This document shows positions 35,534 to 45,628 of a stretch of DNA of 64,000 bases, in pieces; the stretch's first letter is position 1, and every line of letters begins with the position of its first letter. The translations under genes and the position numbers were made by a program. The DNA comes from Selaginella moellendorffii (Eukaryota; Plantae; Lycopodiophyta), in assembly GCF_000143415.4 (NCBI RefSeq), contig NW_003314351.1, positions 504,964 to 568,963 of the forward strand. The letters run 5' to 3'. The notes beneath the pieces were generated by a model that did not search any database, was not told where the DNA came from, and was given only the letters and a program-made list of their open reading frames with translations.

Positions 35534-35907
35534 CAATTAGATTCGTTAGAAAAAGATAACATTGAATAATATCTAAATGTTCTTACCATTAAGTTATATG
35601 TCTGGCTAATAGGAATGACGTTCATCTTGGAAAGCTCACCACACGCTCAATGAACAAACAAATAGTGTGTGCGTGCATGCCATCGCTCTTCTTTAACTTC
35701 AGATTCGTCTTGTTCACCTTGACAATGAGATTTATTATACAACCAGATGAACTCAATCTGGACACAAAGTCACCGCGCTAGTCACCATGCCCCAGATATG
35801 TCTAGCCCCTGGACAAAAAACATATAATTTCACGTCATTTTCAAATACTTGAAAATTTGTACCTAGTCCCATTTTACTGAATAAATCCCACTTTAACGAA
35901 ATAGAGC
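35534..35907. repeat. 374-bp direct repeat, copy 2 (3' end of a second ParB-like gene copy)
   Basis: Near-identical to 27683-28056 and truncated by a gag fragment. Confidence 0.9.
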
Positions 35908-35909
35908 TT

Positions 35910-36800
35910 TTGGTCTACATGCAAGGCCAACATCATTTCCAAGTGAATTTTAGCTAGTTTTGCTTGAGCCACATCTACTGCCATCTTGGTGGGAAGTGCC
36001 AAAATGTACCACTGGATGAGGATCTCTTTCGAAATATTTTCCACTACCACTCAGCTTGAAACCATGTTGTATTGAAGGTTTGCAGACTTTGCCAACTCCA
36101 TTTATACCTCATTTCATAAAGGTTGTTTAGGAACTGGCGTGAGGATGAATGCCCCCTCCATCTTGGCCTCAAGCTGTGGCCATGTTGAAAAAACTTGTGC
36201 TTCCTCTAGGTTATGGTACCACTCTGAAGCCATATTGTTGAGGGAAAACAATGCATACATGGCCTTTTCATGTTCCTTTACTCCCTTCCACATGAACCTT
36301 TTTTCCAATTAACGGGTCCACTCTTGAAACTTATGTCACTTGTTTTCTCTATTGTACTTGTCAATGGGAATCTGCGGCTTTTCTTGCCACCTCCCTTGTT
36401 GTGGTGCTCACCCCAAATTTGAATTGGCCTTTTGCATTGAATCAAAGAGCTCATTGTACCTACCACACATGGTTTTCATCCTTTATACAATGGTGATAAA
36501 CTATAGGATAACAATGAAGTGGAACCTAAACCATCCATATGCCATATGTCATATGCCATGTGCCACATGCCACGTGTTTAAGGATAGTGGAGTAGAAGCC
36601 AAGTTTCAAAGCCTTGGGCCTTTTAATGAAGGAACAAAGCTAAACTCATAAAGATGGAGCTAAGAAGCAAATGTGCTAGAGCACGAAGAAACTCCCGAGC
36701 ATACAGCCCAAAGAGTGAAGGGACAACAACATAGAGTGACTTGGAATAGTCCTAAAGCATCTCGCATCCCAATGTCAAGAATTGCATGCAAAACAGAGCT
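35910..36800 (-). mobile_element. Family C LTR fragment (about 36460-36800) followed by decayed gag
   Basis: 36470-36800 is the reverse-complement homolog of 20410-20745. The peptide LEKRFMWKGVKEHEKAMYALFSLNNMASEWYHNL..TWPQLEAKM is retrotransposon capsid-like. Confidence 0.65.
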
Positions 36801-36831
36801 ACGGAGGCATATGGCAAATGGCATATGACAT

Positions 36832-39800
36832 TGTGAGACACAAAATCCCTAGGCCCCAAAGTGGAGCCGGAAGGGTGCCATGTGGTAGTGGCCGAAGCGA
36901 AAGCCAAACGAGCATAACGCATTTGGGCTAAAAAGCTCCAACTTGGAAGGTCGAGAGCGGGAGTGGAACTCCCAACAAAGTGCTCGAGGAGCAAGCACGA
37001 GGCAACCAATAAGCAAGGCTCCAAAAAGGGACCCAAAAAGGACCAATACATGACACGTGGAAGTGTCCGAGATGGACCCGAAGTGGAGTCCGATATGGAG
37101 TCCGATATGGGGTCCGAAGTGGAGTCAGAGATGGAGTCCGATATGGAGTCCGAGATGGATCCGAAGTGGAGTCCGAAGTGGAGTCCGATATGGAGTCCGA
37201 GATGGACCCGAAGTGGAGTCCGATATGGAGTCCGAGATGGAGTCCGAGATGGACCCGAAGTGGAGTCCGATATGGAGTCCGAGATGGAGTCCAAGATGGA
37301 CCCGAGATGGAGTCCGAGAAGGACCCGAGATGGAGTCCGAGGTGGAGTCCGAGATGGAGTCCGCGATGGACCCGAGATGGACCCGAGATGGAGTCCGAGG
37401 TGGAGTCCGAGATGGAGTCCGCGATGGACCCGAGATGGACCCGAGATGGAGTCCGAGATGGAGTCCGAGATGGACCCGAGATGGAGTCCGAAGTCGAGAC
37501 CGGGACCAAGACCGAGACCGGGACCGAGACTGAGACCGAGATCGGGACCGAGACCGAGACCGAGGCCGAGGCCGAGTCCGAGTCTGAATCCGAGTCCGAG
37601 TCCGAGTCCGAGTCCGAGGCCGAGTCTGAGTCCGAGGCCGAGTCCGAGTCCGAGGCCGAGTCCGAGTTCGAGCCTGAGAGGGTGAAAGCCCAAAGCGTTC
37701 GTCTCCCAGACCCTGGGGGGTTTGGTGAGCTCCAAAAGTATAGTAGGGGGAAGACTGCAGTGGAGCCAGTTTGGCCAGGAAAGGCCAGTTTGGCCCAGGA
37801 AGGCCGGACCCAGTGTTGGGTGATGAGCTGCCCACTGGGAAGTCCAAGACTAGAGTGAACACGGACCGACAAGCGGGGTAGCTTGGTGAAGTGTTCAAGA
37901 GCCGGCTCTAGTTCCCCCGGGAGATCGACTGGCCGATGCTCCTAGTCCAAGTGTGGGTGGCACTACCTACTTGGATACCAGGCGTGGCTCAACGGAACCT
38001 CGCTCTAAGCCCATGGCTAGAGCACCTAAAGGCGAAAGGTGGGGAGAGTACCCAGGTGGCTCGCGTAAGGCCACGGTGTTCCGAAATGTGGTCCCAAAGT
38101 CCCAGGCTGTGGAAAGGAAGAGGAGTAGCCCTCTGGTGTGGTGACAAAGGACACGGTCACCCAGTGAGGAAGTCCCAGAGGACAGTTGGACTTAGAGGTC
38201 GGGCCTGCGGGCCTTGATCCAGTGGCAGTGTTGGTGAACATGGCCATCGACAGAGAGGGACTTGGTGGGGACCGGAAAAGAGATATTGGGGAAGGTTATT
38301 CCCTAAGTCTGCGAGCATCCTAAGGATGCTAAGGAGTGGATCTGGGATGATTCCTCATGGATGGATGGCCTAGTCTATGAGAGACAGGATTGCAATGTAG
38401 GTGGTGTTGGACCACCAGCGTGACCAAGGTGAATAGGTATGGCCTCAGCGTAACGGGCCGATATGTCGGTGATACCTTGGGGTGTCGATCATGGGATCGG
38501 ACACGTGGAGCACTTAGACCAAGTGCAAAGGTTGAGTGGTATGGATGCCATTCTCGGGGCTAGCAAACCCCAAGTCCTAACTGGGACTTGTGGAGGTTGT
38601 GAATGAGACTCCTCCAAGTGGTCGGAGGTGTGGTTAAGTGACTAAAGTAAAATGGAAAAATTAGTCGTTCACAATTTGGTATCGGAGCTGTTCTTTAGTC
38701 CGACTTTTATTGGTGCTCAAGTATATCACCATTGATGTTGGCATCGGAAGGTCCTAGGAGTTGGCCTATCCTAGAGGAGCAGCATGTCGAGAGGACATGG
38801 CTCTCCACTCAAGTTCATGCGTGAACTTGGGCACAATGTGGTGGATAGAAAAGGGCCAATAATGGAACGACTTTGGGATCTTGGGAACAGTATAAGGTCT
38901 CCTCAGAGAGCTGAGGATTTGATCCAAATGAACGTTTGACGCAGCAAACGGGCTAATGTAGTTGTGATAAACAACTATAGTTGGGATCACGGGAAAGATG
39001 TAGACTCCAAAAAAAATAAAGGAGTCACAAGATTATCCTCATATAGTTGAGGTTGGTGCTCATGAATGTGAGACCAGAGGTAATGACCGTGGGAGGTCAA
39101 ATACGGAAGAAGACTCAAGTCCTTGAAATGGTAGCCAGGGCTACCTTTAATAAATGCTAGAACAACCCAAGAGTTCGGGGGTGTATCTAAAGATGAGTTG
39201 GTATTCTCATTACATGGACAAGTAGTCCTAAGGGGCAGAGGTTGCCCCCAGAGAACAAAATCAAGTGTCAGAGTAACACTTGTGAAAATGGTCCTTGTGA
39301 GTAGGACATGAATGCAAGAAGTGAATTCCAGTGAGCTAGTGCCTCACAAGTAGAACCTTACAGGTCTGTGGATTAACCAAGTCCAAAATTGCTGGATGAC
39401 TCGAGAAGAGTCAAGGAATGGTCCTAAAGGACTGATGGAAGCATTTGGACTGAGGTGTGTTGTACCCCATGAAGGATGGGGGGGGATCATAGGATCCAAG
39501 GATGAGAATAGAGGGTATCTCATCGATGGCAAAATGTGTCATGCCAAAGTTATGGGAAAGGTGTTCCCAGAAGAAAACAACTTTGACACAAAGTTGTGTG
39601 TGACATCTATGGTGCAGTGCTAACAGATGGTTAGCATGAGAAAGAGCGGTGTTGGTCTTGGCAAAGACCTAGACACAAAGGGGAAGTGTCATAGAGGTAG
39701 GCTCGTGGAGCCAATGGTGTGGAGACACCAAATGTGCCAAGGTGTGATACCTTGAGGCTATGTTGGTGGGTTCATGAGAACCCCTTGCCAAAGGAATCCC

Positions 39801-42800
39801 AATGGAAATGGGAATGGCATAGCCTAAGCTACAGAGCATGTAGTTGGAGTGTGGTGACCCAGATAATGATGGAGGTGTGGAAGCACCAAGCAATGAGTTG
39901 TAGGACTCGACAACTATAAGGCAACTAAGCAAAAGGTGCAAAATAATTGGTTAAACGGGTAGAAGGTAGCTACCCAAGACTTCTTAATAGCATAAGGAAG
40001 TTGGATATACCCTTACGGGGGATAAGTTGCTTATGTTGCGATATAGTAAGTAATTGTCATAAAAGGAAATACTCATTGTCAAGGAAGCCGTCATTGGGAC
40101 ACCCAAACACTCTAGAACACTAGGAGGTGGTGTTTGATGTCGCGAGGGCAGTAGATAAGGCCCAAGGGACTAAGTCCCTAGCGAATGATGGATAGTAGGT
40201 GCTATTCAAATGTCCAAGGTGGTGGAGACAGGAGAAGACTGTCTACTCAAATTGGACAAAGCCGAAAATGGAATTTTGGCAAGGCTAGCAATGGGCATGC
40301 AAAGGCCCGTAAGTAACAATGTAATCCCGGTGGGTGGGACTATAGGGTGAGCATACCTGGATTGAGGAACCACTCCCTAGGTTATCAGGTAGGTTCATCC
40401 CTAAGAATACTTGCTAAGGCATGATAGAAAGTGCAAAGCTATCCTCCTGGTCTGGAGGAGAATGACCGAAGAAAAGGTGTGAAGACAAAAGCAAGAAATA
40501 AAGGGATAGAACCGAACCATAGGAATCGAAGGGCATAACCAAGGTTGGTTATGCCAGCTGGGAGTGGAGAATCAAGTAGGGGCTCGAGGGTGTTGCCGCT
40601 AGAAACCGTGATGCCATAGAGAGTCTAAAATATGGAATTGTCCATGTTAGACTATAAGGTAATTGGAAAGCTTGCAAAAAGGGAGGCCTTAGCAAGCTAA
40701 GGGACAGAGTTCCTTCAAGATTCCCAAAGAGGATTCTAGGTAGCTTAGTACCTAGAAAGGCCAAGCGTAAATAGTTCAAGGAACGCACGAAATCAGAGTG
40801 GCGCAGCAGAAGCGTGGTCTTGAAGCTTGCCATGAGGCAAGGCTATCAAGGTTAGGGAAGTAGTTCCCGAGTGTTCAAAGAGAGGGCTTTGAACGAAAGT
40901 CGATGATCAAGGGCTTTCACACTTGTGCAGAAACCATGTTACCGTGGTCGGAGGACTTGCCAAAGTGAGATTGGCAAGTCAGGGGAACAAATACCCTAGT
41001 TGAAGGTGATAACTTCAAAAAGGGTGGGCCATGGGGCCAAACATGGAGGAGTCCATGCATGATCACAGGCTTGTCAAGTGAGAGGACTTGGCAGTGGGGG
41101 GAACTAGGTTCCTAAGCTGTGATCTATAGCGCGCTTTGGGTATAAGTTGGTGCACCGGCGTGGGGAGTCACGCCAGGCATCCTGGGTGATGCCGTCCGTA
41201 GATGCATATACAGAGGTTGGGTTCGAGTCCCGACCCTCTAGTGCTTGGGTTCGAGTCCCAAATCACTAGGGCGTGGTGATAGTTTGGAATATGAGGACAC
41301 TCATATTTCGGTGGTCATGGACTCTCAATGTGGAGACTGGTTTGGGCACACCGCCAAGCGAGGGATGCCTCGGAGTCGTGATGCACGGTTAGATTGCTTA
41401 GTGTGAAAGCTCGGCATATCTAACTTGAACGCTTTGGTGCAAGTGGCACCAAGGACGTGGTGAGTGAGATGGGGACATCTAATCTCAGTTGCTATGAACC
41501 CTTGGCCATAAGGGCTGGTTTGGGTACACTGCCAAGTGTGGGGGATGCCCCCGGGGTTATAGTCAACAATTTGAAGGTCTAGAAGACCAAGTACCTCTTG
41601 GCAACTCTGGTAAGGTGCCAAGGTGAGATCACTAGGTGATCGTATGGCCAAATAAGGACAAGGTCCTTGGTTGGCTAAGGAATGAAGTTCCTGGTTCAAA
41701 ATGTTGAAATTGAACTGTTTAAAGTGGTGTGGCTTGGTCATGATGACTAAGTGGGAAGAGCACCTGAGGGAAATAAACTATGTCCGTGCGATGGCATAGT
41801 GAGTTCAAGGAAAGTAGTCTCTATAAGAGACCCATGGGAGGGTCACGAAGTTGGGCCGTGGATAGAGCCCATAGCAAAAGATGCTAAAGAGACATACTAG
41901 GGGTGAACATCCTCCGGACTTAGCAAAGAAGAGTCTTTGCTATGGAACCAAAAGGATACCTCAAAAATGGAGGTAGCGATCCTATGTTGCTGGGTGCAAC
42001 AATCAAGGATAGGAGCAAAGGACTAGTGGCCAAGTTTCGGCTATGGAATTTAATGGAAGGGATCCAAATGGCAAAGTTAGCCAAGGAACACTAATGTGTT
42101 TGATGCTAACGACTTGTGGGAAAGGAAGTGGACTTCCAAGGATGGATTCCTAAGTGCTCCAATTTGGCGAAGTAAAAGTTCACGGTGAGGGAGCGACAAA
42201 GTAGCCAAAAGATAGGGCCATGGACAGCCTTAGCACAAAGTATGATAACTGGAACTTAGTGCCCCAGGGTGGCACGAAATAGAAGAGAGGATGATGGTGC
42301 CCTTGAGTAGAGAACTTCCTAGGATGGGAAGTGGAGTTGCACAAAATGTGCAAGGCAAGGTGTCGGAGACACTTAGGAAATTGACTCCAAGAAATCAGAA
42401 TTAAAAGTTCCAAAGCGCAAGGGTTATAGCGCTGGAAAGTGAGACCACTCGAGAACGAGTAGTGGGATCGGGTTGGAGAAGGTGTCTCTAACAGGTTTAG
42501 TGAGAACTAAACCAATAAAAGGAGAAAACCACCACAAGTGGTCAAATGAGCCTCTAAGTTGGAGAGGCTATGCTCCTTAGAGGATGGACAAGGCATGGTG
42601 AGCCTTTGGTGTCAAACCATAGACAAATATTGGCTGGGTGCCAAGGATGGAAAAGGTAACACGTGCGGGTGTTATTTTATGAAAGGGTTTACCGTTCGAT
42701 GAGGACATCGAACTTCGTCTATGGGTGGTGGAATTGTGAGACACAAAATCCCTAGGCCCCAAAGTGGAGCCGGAAGGGTGCCATGTGGTAGTGGCCGAAG

Positions 42801-44569
42801 CGAAAGCCAAACGAGCATAACGCATTTGGGCTAAAAAGCTCCAACGAGCATAACGCATTTGGGCTAAAAAGCTCCAACTTGGAAGGTCGAGAGCGGGAGT
42901 GGAACTCCCAACAAAGTGCTCGAGGAGCAAGCACGAGGCAACCAATAAGCAAGGCTCCAAAAAGGGACCCAAAAAGGACCAATACATGACACGTGGAAGT
43001 GTTCGAGATGGACCCGAAGTGGAGTCCGATATGGAGTCCGATATGGGGTCCGAAGTGGAGTCAGAGATGGAGTCCGATATGGAGTCCGAGATGGATCCGA
43101 AGTGGAGTCCGAAGTGGAGTCCGATATGGAGTCCGAGATGGACCCGAAGTGGAGTCCGATATGGAGTCCGAGATGGAGTCCGAGATGGACCCGAAGTGGA
43201 GTCCGATATGGAGTCCGAGATGGAGTCCAAGATGGACCCGAGATGGAGTCCGAGAAGGACCCGAGATGGAGTCCGAGGTGGAGTCCGAGATGGAGTCCGC
43301 GATGGACCTGAGATGGACCCGAGATGGAGTCCGAGATGGAGTCCGAGATGGACCCGAGATGGAGTCCGAAGTCGAGACCGGGACCAAGACCGAGACCGGG
43401 ACCGAGACTGAGACCGAGATCGGGACCGAGACCGAGACCGAGGCCGAGGCCGAGTCCGAGTCTGAATCCGAGTCCGAGTCCGAGTCCGAGTCCGAGGCCG
43501 AGTCCGAGTCCGAGGCCGAGTCCGAGTCCGAGGCCGAGTCCGAGTCCGAGGCCGAGTCCGAGTTCGAGCCTGAGAGGGTGAAAGCCCAAAGCGTTCGTCT
43601 CCCAGACCCTGGGGGGTTTGGTGAGCTCCAAAAGTATAGTAGGGGGAAGACTGCAGTGGAGCCAGTTTGGCCAGGAAAGGCCAGTTTGGCCCAGGAAGGC
43701 CGGACCCAGTGTTGGGTGATGAGCTGCCCACTGGGAAGTCCAAGACTAGAGTGAACACGGACCGACAAGCGGGGTAGCTTGGTGAAGTGTTCAAGAGCCG
43801 GCTCTAGTTCCCCCGGGAGATCGACTGGCCGATGCTCCTAGTCCAAGTGTGGGTGGCACTACCTACTTGGATACCAGGCGTGGCTCAACGGAACCTCGCT
43901 CTAAGCCCATGGCTAGAGCACCTAAAGGCGAAAGGTGGGGAGAGTACCCAGGTGGCTCGCGTAAGGCCACGGTGTTCCGAAATGTGGTCCCAAAGTCCCA
44001 GGCTGTGGAAAGGAAGAGGAGTAGCCCTCTGGTGTGGTGACAAAGGACACGGTCACCCAGTGAGGAAGTCCCAGAGGACAGTTGGACTTAGAGGTCGGGC
44101 CTGCGGGCCTTGATCCAGTGGCAGTGTTGGTGAACATGGCCATCGACAGAGAGGGACTTGGTGGGGACCGGAAAAGAGATATTGGGGAAGGTTATTCCCT
44201 AAGTCTGCGAGCATCCTAAGGATGCTAAGGAGTGGATCTGGGATGATTCCTCATGGATGGATGGCCTAGTCTATGAGAGACAGGATTGCAATGTAGGTGG
44301 TGTTGGACCACCAGCGTGACCAAGGTGAATAGGTATGGCCTCAGCGTAACGGGCCGATATGTCGGTGATACCTTGGGGTGTCGATCATGGGATCGGACAC
44401 GTGGAGCACTTAGACCAAGTGCAAAGGTTGAGTGGTATGGATGCCATTCTCGGGGCTAGCAAACCCCAAGTCCTAACTGGGACTTGTGGAGGTTGTGAAT
44501 GAGACTCCTCCAAGTGGTCGGAGGTGTGGTTAAGTGACTAAAGTAAAATGGAAAAATTAGTCGCTCACA
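36832..44569 (+). mobile_element. Full-length non-autonomous LTR retroelement (LARD-like), family A
   Basis: 5' LTR 36832-38673 and 3' LTR 42735-44569 are near-identical (TGTGAG...TCACA). 5-bp TSD GACAT at 36827-36831 and 44570-44574; PBS TTTGGTATCGGAGC; PPT-like GGGTGGTGGAAT. The 4.06-kb interior has no gag/pol ORF. Confidence 0.95.
37066..37676 (+). repeat. LTR-internal tandem array: 11/12-mers GAGATGGA(GT/C)CC, then hexamers GAG(T/G/A)CC
   Basis: Directly visible. Counterparts at 43003-43570, 45020-45520, 53570-53905, 55345-55670, 58380-59000 and 62575-62790, with a related array in LTR D at 24560-24840. Confidence 0.95.
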
Positions 44570-45628
44570 GACATGTGGCATATAAAGGATTTAGGTTCCA
44601 CTTCATAAGTAAATCACCATAGGATAAAAGGTGAAAATGATGTGTGCTACAAAGTACAAACTAGTGAAGGGTAGTTAGCTTAGACCTTAATATATAATTT
44701 GTATAATATGACCCGAAAGGGATGTTGATTTTTTGGGTAAAGACAATTAAGTTAAATAGAATCTAGGGTTGCATAGAAAAGTGGCTGTTTGTGAGACATG
44801 AATCCCTAAACCCTAAAGTGGAGCAGAAAGGGTGCCACATGGTAGTGGTTGAAATGGAAGTCCAACAAGCAGAATATGTTTGGACCAACTTGGAAAGTCG
44901 TGGGAGTGGAACTCCGAACGAAGTGCTCAAGGGATGAGAATGAAACAATCAGTGAATGAATTTCTAAAAAGCGACACAAGAAGGACTGACACATGACAAA
45001 TCTCATGGGAAGTGTTAGGAACAAGTCCAAAAAGGAGTCTGAGAAGGAGTCCAAGAAGGAGTTTGAGATGGAATCCAAGAAGGAGTCCGAGAAGGAGTCC
45101 AAGAAAGAGTCTAAGATGGAGTCCGAGAAAGAGTCTAAGATGCAGTCCAAGATAGAGTCCGAGAAGGATTCGAGATGGAGTCTAAGAAGGAGTCTGAGAT
45201 GGAGTTTGAGATGGATTTTGAGATGGAGTCCAAAATGGAGTCTAATATGGACTTGAAATGGACCTGATATAGACCCGAGATGGAGTCCAAGATAGATTCT
45301 GAGATGGAGTCCAATATGAATCTGAGATGTAGTCCAAGATGGACACGAGATGGAGTCCGATATGGATCTGAGATGGAGTTTGAGATGAACCCAAAATGGA
45401 CTGAAGATGGAGTCTGAGTTCAAGTCTGAAATGGACCTGAGATGGAGTCCAAGGTCAAGGCTAAGAAAGAGACCAAGACCAAGACTGAGACCGAGACTGA
45501 CTCCAAGTCTCAATCCGAGTTTGACGTGTATGCACATTCCCCAATGTCCCGTAGGGACTAATACAAAAACCGGGCTTGCTGCCCGAATCTCATGCTACCT
45601 AGTGGGATCTCCCTCGCCTAAAGTGAGA

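Larger units (their letters stand above)
27811..35683. repeat. Dispersed 22-bp palindrome ATGGCRTGWGGCCWCAYGCCAT, about 18 copies
   Basis: Copies start near 28180, 29346, 29406, 29483, 30317, 30483, 30555, 31170, 31268 (within a perfect 24-bp palindrome), 32953, 33010, 34351, 34497, 34657, 34850, 35257 and 35346, with degenerate ones at 27811 and 35662. Confidence 0.9.

Noticed and set aside
27811-35683. CRISPR array interpretation of the recurring palindrome
   Set aside because: Spacing is highly irregular (tens of bp to over 1 kb), there are no cas genes, and the context is eukaryotic and intron-containing.
27683-35907. 374-bp direct repeats as LTRs of a retroelement
   Set aside because: There are no TG...CA ends, PBS, PPT or RT, and the repeat is the spliced 3' end of the ParB-like gene.
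36752-37898. Long ORFs in nearly all frames (GLGLGL, SDSDSD, MESE, RTRTRP), also at 42577-43794, 58399-59087 and 62351-62815
   Set aside because: They come from stop-free 6/11/12-bp tandem arrays inside LTRs, with no domain or conserved frame.
41212-41269. tRNA gene or SINE
   Set aside because: Only T-arm-like hairpins are present, with no D-arm, anticodon arm, clear A-box, tail or TSD. Kept as a structural finding.
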